This document shows positions 39,983 through 52,773 of a stretch of 64,000 nucleotides of DNA, one piece after another. The number at the start of each line of letters is the position of its first letter. The first letter of the stretch is position 1. The position numbers and the translations under genes were made by a program. This stretch comes from Moniliella sp. 'wahieum' (taxonomy: Eukaryota). The DNA is taken from NCBI GenBank assembly GCA_003971905.1, contig RSEE01000015.1:558001-622000 (forward strand). The letters are read 5' to 3'. The notes beneath the pieces were generated by a model. The model made no database searches and was not told where the DNA came from. It saw only the letters and a program-made list of their open reading frames with translations.

Positions 39983-42163
39983 TCACGATTGCTCATCGAA
40001 CTTCATGCGCAGGAAGAGGCCCTTGAGCCGCTTGTGTACTGGCAAGCTAAGAGAGGAGGGTTGCGTCATTTTGATCCGACCGGGGCAAGGAGCATCGCTG
40101 GCGGCCATAAAGGAGAGCATTGGCTTCCGACTGGGTGCGACGAGGTATATCGGGGGCAGTGTTGCCCAACGGTGGGGTGGTTGCTGCGGGGAACGGTGGG
40201 TTCATCGCTTGCTTCCGTTTGCGAGAAAATGTGCCTCGGCGTGCCAAGAAAGGCGGGGATTGAAGATCGGGATGCGAAGACTCCAGGGGGGAGCATACGA
40301 CGGGGAGGGAGGAACTGCGTCTGGATCCGGTGCTGAATGATCGCTTCGTACGGCTCGCGTCGAATCATTGCGTGTCAAAGACAATGAACTTGCTGAAAGA
40401 ACGCCCGTTTTGATGGACTAGCCAACTTATTGAGTCCCATGCCGAAACTCGAACTTGACGAGGGTGCTGAGTCGGAAGAGCGGAGACGTGATCTGGAATG
40501 ACTGCTGGTGGGGCTTGGACCAACGCTGGGTAGAAGTCAGGTCTGTTGATGACTTAACATGACTCAAGCGGGAAGAGAAATTGGTTTCTGACGGTTTCTT
40601 TGACCTGGGTTCCGTCGCTTTGAAGCCGGCGACCAGTGGCTTGTCTGGACAGAGGTGGTGTGACTAGGGTACGTGAAGAGGGAAAGTAGCATATGTTCCC
40701 ACGGTCCAAGATCGAGTTCGGGCGTGATGTGCCGCTGGGACGGACTCATTAAAATTGTTGGACGATGGAAGAGGCGGTACCTCAATCTGATCATAGGTCT
40801 GGGAGCGCTTCCGGGCAGAGGGGGTCCTGTGGAGGAGCTGCAACCATCACAACCGATGAAAGTGTGGCTAAGCTTCCGGTCATCGAGGCCGGTAAAGACG
40901 AATCGACAAGGAAATCCGGCTTCCCATACGCGTTGGATTGGGCTGTTCCCTCCATCCCGTCAGATCCAGAGCCGAGTCGGGTTGTCCCTGCGGGAGGCTG
41001 CCTTGGAGCGAGGCGGAATGGAGGGAGGGTATTCAGCCCTGTTGGTTCCCCATTCGGGCCATCGTGTATGCCACCACCAATTGATGCACCAAGCGCATTA
41101 AGACTGACTCCCCGCGGGCCAGGGGCCAGGAGGAAGGAGGAGGGAACGTGTGCCCGCCCCTGCTAGAGGAGGTAGATGTGGTATGATGGATGGGACTATG
41201 GCCGTAGGGAGGGGGGGGGCATAAGACTTCCGACCGACCCACTCGAATCGACTTTTCACTGTTCTCGCGAGTCAGGGGGAGGAAGGCGTCGTGTTTGACC
41301 TGGGCCGCTTTGGAGGGCGGGCCCCGAATAGTAGACGGTAGGGGATTGGCAAGGTGTGGCCCAATCATCCGAATCTGGATTCGACCCTTGCATCAACGAA
41401 CCAGGCTGCACACACTCAAGTGCCCAACCAAGGAATCCAACGGCTCTGGCACTTCAGGCAGAAGCAAGAGTGCGGCTGCAAAAAACGACTCCCTTCCTCG
41501 TGCGACTCGGTCAGGCTACTAGTCCGCGTTGAGTGGGCAGGGCCGATTGTGGAGGGGCAGTCCCATCTGCCTCGAGCACGCTGCCACCATCCGCTTGGGG
41601 ATTGATGTCCCAAAGGGGTTTTGCAAGCCAACGCTGATGCGGATCGATGCAACAAAGCTGATGCGCCAGGCTGGGCTACTGTGGTGATTGGATGTAGCAT
41701 CCTTATTGAACAACCCACTTGCACTCAACGGCAAAAGGATGCGGTTCTGCTTGGGGCGTCAGCGGCTTACGGTCGCAGCTGCGATTGTGGAAAGGGTCAC
41801 TGAGAGTGGTTGGTTCGGACGAGACACTGGACTGGAGCGCTTGGAGTGAGCTGAAGATCGGGAATGACCGAAACCAGCAATGGACTTGGCCCGTTCGGGC
41901 CAGAGGGCGTGGTAGGACGCGCACCAGTCAACTGGGACGAGGAAGCGGGCAGGGCAGGCAGGTAGGCTGTGGAGTCGGAAAGATCCTGGTCATCGGGGAG
42001 TTGGTAGTGGGGGTTTCCAGCGGGGCAGCAAGACGGCGGGCCCAGCGGCGGAGATTGTCGCCGGAGCGGCGGGCGAGGAGGCGGAGCACGGGCGCGACGC
42101 CGACGAAGCAGCGTCGCGCAGAGCACTACTATCTTGGTTGGAGTCGCCTACTACGGTCGCCAT
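39983..42163 (-). CDS. Hypothetical Ser/Pro-rich protein (fragmented)
   Basis: C-rich leader before the ATG at 42163 (MATVVGDSNQDSS...), S/P-rich minus-strand pieces, and a plausible end RLKGLFLRMKFDEQS*. Confidence 0.4.
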
Positions 42164-43450
42164 GTGGGGGAGAGATGAGGGAGAGTGGTGGGCAGGGGGA
42201 TGCGAGGTGGATGGCAGCGGCGAGGGTGGGTTCATCAGCCAGGATGTGGAGCAAGACGATGCATGCAGCTCATGGCGGCAGGAGGACGCTGCCGATGCAG
42301 GGAGCATGGCGGTGCGCCCCTAGCATGCAACACCCGATTAGGTTTGCGCACAGCTACATTAACTTTTTCGCACGCTGCATAGCATCGGCCCTGCACCGTC
42401 CGTCACGGTGTGGGGCAGCCAGGGCACCGAACACGTGACGCGGGGGTGGTATATGCACTGCACCGCGCCGATGCCTCCGATGCAGACTGGGTGTGTTGTT
42501 GCCAGGCGCATATAGGTGGCGGTCGTTGGATGCGTCGCAGGCGGAGCAGGTTCCCAGCGGCATGTGGATCCGATTGAGTTGAACTTTCAGTTGAACGTTG
42601 ACACAAACATACTTTTGAAAGAATCACCAACCCTAGCGCCATGTCCCATCCTCCAGCCCAACCCTAGTGCCACGTCCAACCATCCACCCCGCGACTTGGC
42701 ACTGAGCTGGTATTGAAATGTTGGCCAGTGGCCGCGGGCGGGCCGATGGCGTCGGATGGCGTGCGAGCCGAGGCGGAGAAAGCACGTGTGCGCCCGACAC
42801 ATACAAGAAATCCCACTTTAATAGCCGGCCCCACCCAGGTTACCAATTGCGTGCGTAGACGTGCGTCGGCCAATTGGAGGTGGCCACCGGGAGCTGCTAC
42901 ACACAACTCCGCTGCCCATCTGGGCTGGACCACGTGCCCATGTGCCCAGGTGCGCGCGTCGATGATCTCCATGACCCGATGATCCATGGTCGATATTCCG
43001 ATGAGGTGGCAGCAACGTGCTCGATACTCCCGGCGCTCGCACTTGCAGGTTTTTTTTTGGGAAATCCCCCGTGAGGCAGCTCAGCCTGCGGCCGCTTCAC
43101 GCTCCACGCCGGCCTCAGGCCAGAGTCTCAGGCTAGAGCACCTCTAGCCCTCAAGCGGATCCCGTCGGGGCGCACGTCAACGTGGTACTAAAGGTGAGTG
43201 ATTTCCATGTGCGCATTCGCTCAAAACCGTCAGCTCCTCGTTGCGTTTGCGCTTGCCGGTGTGCTTCCATTGCTGGTTTCGTTCGCCGGGATTTTCTGCG
43301 CTCAGCTTGTGCCCGACAGACACTACAAAAGCATCGCTGCCTCCCACCACCGACCTCTTGTCTACCCCCGTCCCCAGCCCTGTCCTACCAGCGCCACTAC
43401 TCGTATTCATCACACCCACTTGGATTGTTGAACATTACTTCACCTTCACC

Positions 43451-44337
43451 ATGCCCCTTTCCGTCGGCTTGCTCGCTGCCGCCCAAAACTGCGCCCCAGG
43501 CACTGAACCCACCGATCCCACCGCCAGCGACAGTTGGCGTGGTCGTGCCCAATTCCGGCACCAGCTTGATGCGCGCCTGGGACCGCGTACCCACTTTGCC
43601 ATTGACCCCTCCGTCATTGCCCCTGCCTCTACCCACAGCACCAGCGCTGGTTGCAGTGACGCGCCCACCAACAGTACCAAGGGAAAGCACCGCGCTCTCA
43701 ATGCTCCGTGGGCGGGACAGTCCTTTGACCAAGACGTTCCTCGCGCCAGTTCTTCAGTTTCGCCTCCCGAGGCCGTTCACGTCCATGGCCACCCCGTTTT
43801 CAGTCCTGCCTTGCCCCGACCTACCAAGTCGAGCCAACCGCTGAAAGCGGCAGTGAGCGTGCACACGTTGACCTCTCCCGAGCAATGGGAAAACGACCCG
43901 AGTTATGCACCTGCATCGGGTTGGCAATATAACTTTGCCCATCATTATCTCCGTCCTAGTGCATCGAGGTCCAGTTCGCGGTCACGGACCCAGTACACTT
44001 CTTCCTATCCTGGTCGTGGCCGACGACCCGAACCGAAGCCTTTGCCGTACCATTCCGTCTTGACCTTTACCCGCGCGGCTCCAGGCACGCCTCGGCTACG
44101 TCCGTTCAAACCGACTCAACGAAGTACAGCTCGGCCGGATCGGATGAGGACTTGTCCGTGACCGAGGAGTTTCCTCTGAACACACTCCAAACCGCCCTCA
44201 GGATCTGCGGAGATCCGACGTGGATGGGCCAATCAAGCGGAGGCGAATGGACGAGGTACCTGCCAGTGAGGCAGTATCTTACTCCAATCCTCGTGGCTCG
44301 GCAATGGGCTAGAGAAGTGTATCTCACAGTAGTGTAA
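43451..44337 (+). CDS. Hypothetical protein
   Basis: ORF from MPLSVGLLAAAQ joins ...EEFPLNTLQTALRICGDPTW...AREVYLTVV* across one frameshift at about 44140. An upstream GTGAGT donor at 43194 suggests a 5' UTR intron. Confidence 0.5.
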
Positions 44338-44611
44338 ATGCTTTCCTATTGCCATCCTTCTTTCTGGGGGCTGGCATGTGTTGCTCTCGGTGCACCTTTC
44401 GCTTCCTATTCATACTACATTCGGGACGTCAACTTGAATCGAACTTGCATGTACATCGCACACGAAACTTATTGTAAAAACAAGAAACTGGGACCATCAA
44501 GTAGCGGCCAACGAGGTTAATGAGGCAGAGAGGATGAGAGGTCCGATGTAGTGAGAGTCTAGTGCAAACAATGTGCCAGCTTTTGGAGTTTGAATCATCG
44601 ATTCTCATTTT

Positions 44612-45263
44612 CTACTGTTGGTCCGACGACATGGACACCGGGTCCGGTGCACCGCCGCCACCAGACTCTTGCTGGGTCAGCAACATCTGGATATGGACAT
44701 GTTGGAGTTGACGGAACTGTTGCCGAATCCGGAATTCACGTTCTTCATCCGCCGTCAACCGACGTGGGGGCAACCCCTGCTCTTTGCGGTACTCATCGTA
44801 CGCCCATTGCGGCGAGATGGGCGAGGAGGCAATCGCTTCGGGCATGAGCGAATCTTTGAAGTAGGACATCAGACCAAATATCGCCGTGCTGACCACCACA
44901 ATGCCCACGATGGCACGGGGGTAAAGCCAAGACTCGGAGGAGGGCCTTTTTTCGCGATCGCCCGGATCCGCATCTCCTCCCTCAGTTGTCCAGGCGAGAG
45001 GCCAAGCGGAGCTGGCTGATCAAATTCAGGTGTGCCAGGGGTAAGACGCAAGCGCCGCGCACGCTGTTCAGGCGTCTCGTTGGGATGTGGGCTGGGCGGC
45101 GCAGCAGCAGCTGCTTGGGCATCAGAACCGGGACGGGGCAGCGGGGGAGGCGGGCGCGGCGGTCGACTGAAAGCGTCGTCGAAGCGTGCAGAGCTTGGTG
45201 AAAATGCAAAGCGCGAACTGGCGCCTACGCCCATACCTGGATCCATGGCCGTAGCGACATCAT
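44612..45263 (-). CDS. Hypothetical single-pass membrane protein, possibly mitochondrial
   Basis: ORF pieces 44869-45246 and 44612-44908 join around the hydrophobic segment GIVVVSTAIFGLMSYF. An alternate frame near the 5' end reads LRRRFQSTAAP (presequence-like). Confidence 0.5.
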
Positions 45264-47536
45264 GGCGTGGTAGTGGTAGCCGTCAAAGGAGGGGTGCCTA
45301 AAGGCCAGGGACGACCCGCCCCAAAGGTCCCAGTCCGATTAGGTCATGCAAGCCCTGCCTTCTGAATGTTATTAGCTCACAAGCTGTTGCATTTCAACTT
45401 TCAAATGTCAACATGTACAAGTTGCGTCCGGTTGCGTCTCATTCTATTTGTGTCGAAAAAAGCTATTATAGAACCGCCGCTGCCAGCACGGCAACCCTCT
45501 TCGCCCAACTGGTGTTTTCCCCCTTCCGCTCGTATTGGATGAACAGCAGTTACATGTTACAGTACAGGCCTTCTTCTGTCTCTTGATAATTCTGCACCGG
45601 CACCCACCAGCGCCGCCTCGACCTCTTCGCAGGGACAGAGACCATGTTTGCTCATGCACGATGATGTCTTCGCGATTTTATGGGCGGTTTCGAGAACAGA
45701 ACGTTATTGGGAGTTTGCGGTTTCCGTCGGCGTCCCGTCCCATCTTCCCGTGGTAGACCAAAAGAGTGCGATTCAATATTAATTCCAAAGAGCGCCCTAG
45801 GCGTGAAGATGATACAAAGTTCCTGCTATATATATACCCCATTGCGACGGATCATGTATTAACACTTGAATGTGCCGTCCCACCTCTACCGCCCCAAGTC
45901 CCAATAAAAAGGTCACAATCCACAAAAGGGCCAGAGAAGAAAGTGTGTAGAGGAAGTTTGCCCTTTTGTTGCATGGAAGACCACCCACACCATTATGCAT
46001 TCTCGGCGGGACGGGAGGATGACAACGACATTACGGTAACGAATACTGCGATAGCAAGCGCAAAATACTGCGGAGTCAGGTGTACCTGTGGTTTGGCGCC
46101 AGTCGCATAGGTTACAGCATTGCTTCCACACAATTAATCGACAGTTACCACACCAATTGGCCAAGTCGGTTTCCGGAAGTACTATATGTGGGGTGAACGT
46201 TGAACGTCCTATTGAGAGATAATACTGCTTCAGTTGCTGGAACGACGCCATGAGCTCTCCGTAGCAGTCCCCCTTCCCAACCTGGAAAACCCTTGACGGA
46301 GAGGGGATTTAGGAGCCACCCTAAAGCTGTCCTGCTGAAGTAGGAAGAGAATGGAGGATGTGGTTATGAGAAAGAGGTACGGGATGCCATGAGAAGGGTA
46401 GGGGCTACTTTTTATATAGCCGAGGGTACCGGGGAACAGGGGGAGCGTCCGGGAGGATAACAGGGGTGATGCCTATCACACAGGATGGCGTGATGCATGA
46501 TGGGCATCGCCCCAACATGTTCTTCCTCTTTCTCCACTGCACAGTACGAAGACAGGCAAAACTATGGGAGAGAGGAACGAGATTGGTGTTGATACATTTT
46601 GTTGTTCATAGCAAGTATTATTAGTACCTCGAGTCGGGTGAACCTAGGTTTTGATGAACCTCAAAAGAAAACACCGTAGTCATAAGAGAGGACACACGCG
46701 AGCGCGTCGCCTCTCGCTCGATATGCATAGTAGGATGTGTGATGTTGGCATCAGGCCATCAGTGGAAGTGTGGAGAAACTATGAAGAAGCAAAAAAAGGT
46801 GATGAGTCCGGGGGCTCATATCCCCCCTTTTGAGCGTGACATGTGTCTGTTATGCGCTTATAGAGTAACATAGTGGCGCTTCCAAGTAACCCCCGCAAGA
46901 TGAACGGTTCGGTTTAGACGTAGCGTTCCCCCTGTCCCACAGCCTTAGGCTCTGTCAATGATATGGATTCGAAGAGTAACAACTGCATCTATCAGGCCTT
47001 TTGTGGTACCCCCGTGGTACTATGCATACTAGGCCTACAAACGGAGGGATCAAAAAGAGGGGCACAGGAGAGGGGCAGCCGGATGTTGGGGAGATCCGTT
47101 CTGGAATTGAACTGGTTCAAGGTGCTGAGGCCACACGCGCACAACCCCTCTGAGGCTTGGCACGCATTTCCCATACATTGGTGATGCAGGTGATGCATGC
47201 CTGTACTGTACAGTAGCTAAACGAGATGGGGAAGTGTAATAATGTGGGGTAGTGTAATGCTGTTGCCAACAGTTGTTATTGGTAAGTTGCACTGTGATGA
47301 ACGTCGTACTGAGTACGACTGAGTGTAACTGAGTTCTGATATGCAGATATTAATGTTTCACTGCTGATCGCGGGACTATTTTTCCTAGTCACCTAGTCAC
47401 CTGGCGGCGCTTATCGCGGCGCAACCACCCGGCGCCGTGCTCCGACAGCTCCGACTTGGGTTTCGAGGAAATATCGTGTGATGTTGCAGATGCCGCTTTG
47501 TTTCCTCCTCCTTTCCTCCATCTCCTCTCTATCAAG

Positions 47537-49507
47537 ATGGGCAAAGACGCGGAGTTGCTCTTGCCAACGTCGCTGGCCACGCCTTCTCGTCCCTCGCTTG
47601 CCCGGCGGTACGGATTATTGGTCCTTGTGGTCCTTGCCATTGGCTTGGTCCGCGTGACCCACCAGTCCTGGGCTGGCGTGCGCGACGCTACCACCCATAC
47701 GGAATCGGCAGAAGCGACGTTCAACTTGGCCTGGATCGATGCGTTAGTGGAGCAGCAGACTGCTTCGTCCCTCAATGGTCTCTGCCCACAGCACGATCCT
47801 TATCAGCCTGGAAAGGAGGCGAAGAAACTCAAAGAGCCCAAGGCGCACCAGTTGGCCAAGCTCCTGTCAGGTGCTGTCCAGGTTGACACATCGGTTGGAG
47901 ACGCCTGGCCGCCGGTCAAGGAGGATCCTGAGCTTTGGGAGCCACTCTTTGCTCCGTTCCGTTCGTATCTGGCCAAAGCCTTTCCCAACCTGCACGCGCC
48001 CGACTCGCCCATTAACTTGACGCTGGTCAACGAGCATGGGCTTCTGTATACGTGGCCTGGTTCCAACACCTCACTTGGCCCCCTCTTGCTCATGGCGCAC
48101 CAAGATGTGGTGCCTGTGGAGCCTTCGACATACGATGCATGGGTCTATCCTCCGTTCAGCGGCCACATCACCGATGAGGGCAACATCTTTGGGCGCGGCA
48201 CCGAGGACACCAAATCGTCTCTGGTGACCATTCTTGCTTCCCTTCAATCCCTTCTCCACGCCGACTTTAAGCCAGAGCGAACCATCTTGGTCAGCTTTGG
48301 CTTTGACGAAGAGGCGGCAGGAACGGAAGGCGCCGGGGCCCTGGCGGCTCACATTCAGTCGATCTATGGGCTTGACTCGATTGCCATGCTGGTCGATGAG
48401 GGGGGTGAGTTTGTTCCGCCCAATGTCGATCTCAAGATCCCAGCTACGGCGGCACCTGCTGTGTCTGAAAAGGGATACTTGGATGTTTCGGTCGCAGTCA
48501 ACACACCTGGGGGCCACAGTTCGGTGCCGCCCCCGCACACGGGCATTGGCATCCTCAGCCAAGCCGTGGTGGCCATTGAGAAAGAACCCTACAGCCCTGT
48601 GCTTCGCTCGGCGCCCGGCTCGGGGCCTGAGCACAGCAATGGGTGGGACGAACTGTTGTGTGGCGTGGCATTGGGGAGAATCGAAGGGCCGCTCAAGCAG
48701 GCACTCCTTCGTCTGCACTTTGCCCAACTCCACCCCCGCCTGCGGGGTTGCCGCACAAGGGATACGACAAGATGCTTAGTGTGCTGCGAGAGCAAGCATT
48801 GGGCCTAATGGACTCATACCAGAAGGTTCTGTTTACCACCACCCAGGCCGTCGACCTGGTCCAAGGTGGAGTCAAGGTGCGTATTTACTCTGTCCCTCTT
48901 TTCGGTCGAAACTAACTGATAGTACACTGTAGGTCAATGCCCTCCCCGAGAGTGTGACGGCTGTTGTCAATCACCGGATCGAACCTGGAGCGGACGTGCA
49001 GAGCGTACGGAACCACATTGCGACGGTTCTCAAACCGGTGGCCGAGTCGGCAGGCGTGGCACTGGATGCCTGGGGATGCCTAACCTCTCGTACGTGCCTT
49101 TAACTATGGACGCAACCAAGGGTACGATTGTCTTGTCAGATGCGTACGAATCGGCACTCGAGCCGGCCCCTCCGACCCCTGTCGACGGTGCTGAGGCGGA
49201 GCCGTGGCGGTTGCTGGTGAGTGTCATCCGTCATGTCTGGTCCGATGGACTTGGTGGTGACGGTCGCATTGTGGTGCATCCGTCATTGAGCATTGGGAAC
49301 ACGGACTGCAAGTCGTTCTATTCTTTGGCGAAGCATGTCTTCCGTTTCTCTCCCGCGTCTGTTAACCCTCCTACGCCGGAAGTGCTGGATTTGCCGAGTG
49401 GATGGGGCGCGCACACGGTCAACGAGCACTTGCCCCAAGACGCGCTTGTTCTCGGGTGGCGTTTCTTCACCACTCTCGTTCAAGCCGTCGACCAAGCCGA
49501 CTTCTGA
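47537..49507 (+). CDS. CPS1: Gly-Xaa carboxypeptidase, peptidase family M20A (carboxypeptidase S-like)
   Basis: N-terminal TM anchor. Motifs LLLMAHQDVVPV, GRGTEDTK, GFDEE, SEKGYLDV, GGHSSVPP, GGVK|VNALPE (intron 48877-48932), NHRI, GNTD and AHTVNE. Confidence 0.93.
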
Positions 49508-49893
49508 AGCCACTTTGGTTCTGCTGATCCGTAAATCTGTTGCTCCTGCAAGTGCAAGGGCCCAATAGGTCAATCTGATGCGCGATTTTTGTCCTCACAA
49601 GTAAGACTCAGGAATCCTGTCTCCTACACTGACGCGCTAGTAGAGTAAGTAGAGATAGCCACGGGGTGAATGCAGGGTACTTTATAGAGGCAATGGCGAA
49701 GCACACCCTCCAGTGTGGGAAAATTGATATTGGCACAACTAGGAATCCGACATGGGGTGGTTAAAGAAAGAGATGAGGTGTCCTAATCTGCTCGTCGAAG
49801 CTGGGCTTGGCTGCAAGGACCATCTGAGCCAAGACTCGATGAGATACCACCAAAGAGATTGCATACGAGGACCAGATAAATTACTATAACTTC

Positions 49894-49976
49894 GGAGCAG
49901 CATGGCAAGAGAGGGCACTGGGTATAGGTAACTCAGACCTCAGCTACATGTGCAGGTTCGAATCCTTCTGAATCCC
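49894..49976 (+). pseudogene. Decayed tRNA-like element with an intact Pol III B-box
   Basis: A-box-like TGGCAAGAGAGG at 49903, hairpin CTGGGT-ATAGGTA-ACTCAG at 49918-49936, and GCAGG-TTCGAAT-CCTTC at 49952-49968. The acceptor stem pairs poorly. Confidence 0.3.
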
Positions 49977-50256
49977 GTGTATGGGCAGCTATGGTGCGGC
50001 GATCAAAAAGTGTGGGCATAATGGAGCAGGCGCTGATGCTCGTCGGCATAGAGGCATTGCCCCAGCAGACCAGACGGGCGATTGGATAAGCACTTGTCCC
50101 GGCCAAGTGGCGCTGATACTAGGAAGCGCTTAAGCACTTTTTTAGGCGGCCTTGTTGGTTGAAGCTTGAAGCTTGGCGTCCCGTCCGTCGTCGCACTCCG
50201 CCCTGCGCCGCCCATCGCAAGTGCTACGCATTTCAAATTGCAACGCAGCGAATGGT

Positions 50257-50290
50257 GCATGAGCATGACGCATGGTGCATGATGCATGAT
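50257..50290. repeat. 7-bp tandem GCATG(A/G)N x5 upstream of the acyl-CoA dehydrogenase
   Basis: GCATGA GCATGAC GCATGGT GCATGAT GCATGAT. Confidence 0.8.
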
Positions 50291-50670
50291 GACAAGACGC
50301 GCGTGAAAGTGAATGAGGCGGCAGCAGCGCGACACCCATCGCCGATAGGGACGAGCACGGCTGGCACGGCGCTAGTGTCTCTCCCACGCCCCCGTCTTCG
50401 CTGTGCGGCGTTTAACGTGGATTTTTTACCACGCATCGCTCGCATATCGAGCAAGCCAGGTGTCACATGTCCAGCCCAAGCTGCAAGCGCAAGCGCCACG
50501 CCCCGATGGCCCACTAGCACCCCACAAGTGCTGCGGAAACAACGGCTTTATTGCCCGGCCCGGTCGGCTTTTGTGCTGCCGGACTGCTGAGCATTACAAA
50601 GCTCCGCCGCGCCTCTCCTCCTTTTCTTCCGTCCCGTCTACCACCCTCTTTCATCCCCACCCCACTCGCC

Positions 50671-52310
50671 ATGCCCCCCACCGAGTTCAAGGAGTACACC
50701 CGCGAGCAGGTCGCTGCCCACAACAAGCCCGGCGACACCTGGATCATCATTGATGCAACCGTCTACAATATCAGCAAATTCGCCGAGCTTCATCCCGGTG
50801 GTGAGAGCGTGTTCTACTCCCAGGACATTGCTGGCGACGATGCGACGGAAACCTTCTTTGGTCTGCACCGCCGCGACATTCTCGACAAACCCATGGCCAA
50901 ACGTCTCATTGTCGGCAAGATTGCTGATGAAGAGCCGACGGTGAAGGCCAAGGCGCTTGGCGCGCCCTCGCCCGTGCCCTTTGCCGAGCCCACGTGGTTG
51001 CACCCCGTCTTCAAGACGCCCTACTTCAAAGAATCTCACTACCGCCTCCAGCGCGAACTCCGGGCCTATGTCGAGGCAAATGTGATTCCAGTCGCTCGCG
51101 AGTGTGAAGCCAACGGCAAGCGTCCGCCTCTTGAGCTCGTAAAAGACATGGGTGCCCGCGGAATCAATGCGATGCATGGGACCCGGCAAGGTGCTCAAAG
51201 GCCGCAAACTCTTTGCCGACATCAAGCCAGAGGAGTTTGACTACTTCCACGAGCTGATCATCACCCAGGAGCTGGCGCGCTCAGGTGTTCGTGGTTGGAT
51301 GGATGGCCTGCAGGGCGGTATGGTCATTGGGTTGCCCCCCATTGTCAACTTTGGCGCTCCTGACTTGCAGAAGGAGATCATCGAACCCGTCTTGTCTGGT
51401 GACAAGTTCATTGCCCTCGCTGTGACCGAGGCATTCGCTGGATCGGACGTGATGGGCATCCGCACTACGGCTAGGAAGCAAAAGGACGGTTCATTCATTG
51501 TCAATGGCACGAAAAAGGTATGTCTTCACTCTTTTATGTGGAATTGGGACTGCATACTGACAATGCGTTTGTGGGTGCGGTATATTAGTGGATTACCAAC
51601 GGCCATTTCGCCGATTACTTTACCACTCTTGTCAAGCTCATTGACGAGGAGGGTGAGGAAGGCGGCTTTGGTGTGATTTGCGTCCCTCGCATCGAGGGGG
51701 TTGAGACCAAGCAGATCAAGACCCAGTACTCGACCACGGCCGGCACGGCGTTTGTCACGTTTGATAATGTGCATGTTCCCCCAAGTACTTGGTTGGTGAG
51801 GAGGGAATGGGTATTATGGTCATTCTCTCCAATTTCAACCACGAGCGCTGGGTTATGTGCTGCGGTACCATTCGGGGAGCCCGGCTGATGCTTGAGGAGA
51901 GCATCACCTGGACCTCTCAGCGCAAGGCTTTCGGCAAGGCCCTCACATCGCAGGCGGTGGTGCGGCAAAAACTGGGTGCGATGATGTCGGAGTGCGAAGC
52001 TGCGCAAGCCTGGCTAGAGGCGGTAACGTTCCAGATGAACCAAATGAGCTACAAGGAACAGTCCAAGTATCTTGCCGGCCACATGGCCCTACTCAAGTCA
52101 TGGGCAACCGAGATCTCGACCAAAACGGCAAACGAGGCGATTAACCTGTTTGGAGGCCGTGGTTTGACCAAAACCGGGTTGGGTGCGCTTGTGTCGGCAG
52201 CGCAAATGGGGACCAAGTTTGACGCGATTCTTGGTGGTACTGAGGAGATTCTGCGCGACCTGGGTGTACGCCAGGCGCTGCGGTTCATGCCCAAGACGCA
52301 CAAAATGTAA
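50671..52310 (+). CDS. Acyl-CoA dehydrogenase with N-terminal cytochrome b5 domain
   Basis: YTREQVAAHNKPGDTWIII...LHPGG...FFGLH; ALAVTEAFAGSDV; VNGTKK|WITNG (intron 51518-51588); SNFNHERW; QRKAFGK; NLFGGRG; AILGGTEEI. Confidence 0.93.
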
Positions 52311-52582
52311 ATGTGATGTGCTTTCATATGCCAGCAGAACAAGCCCGTCTCTCGGTTTCTCATACGTATAGTTCCCTGTCTCCATCGTAGCAGGACCGGG
52401 CATCATTAATCATTCGTGCCAATGCTGGGAGAATGCATTGTGTTGGAAGAGGGGGGGGGGCTGAAGATGGTCGGTCGATGAATAGGACGAAGGCATTTGA
52501 AGTTTAAGCGCGGCCTACAGCCTCCTACAGCCTTCCATCTGGTATGGCTAGCATCCTAGCGCACCGCTTCGGGTGAAGCTAA

Positions 52583-52680
52583 GGTTGAACGTTCAAGTTG
52601 AATTGCAACCTTCAATTCCAACATTCAACTTGAACGTTCAGCTGGACGTTCAAACGTTCAGTTGGTTGACGGTTGACTTG
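52583..52680. promoter_or_regulatory. Dense TTGAA/TTCAA/AACGTT motif cluster 5' of the TFIIIC subunit gene
   Basis: Perfect palindrome TTGAACGTTCAA at 52585-52596, a near copy at 52630-52640, and about ten further related units. Function is inferred from position only. Confidence 0.5.
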
Positions 52681-52773
52681 GAGGCGACTTCAACTGCTCT
52701 CTAAGGCCTGCTGCTGCGGTTGCGCTCCATCCCCCTCGTCTTCCGCTACGCGGCCCTTGTTCTGCTTGCAGCC

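Noticed and set aside
39965..39985. TGA CTA readthrough context that could create a cryptic PTS1
   Set aside because: The extension would end in -HCI, which is not a PTS1, and the gene end itself is uncertain.
45913..46251. Small Cys-containing ORF with an upstream TATA-like element (possible pheromone or secreted peptide)
   Set aside because: No CAAX-stop and no signal peptide were found, and I could not build a consistent exon structure.
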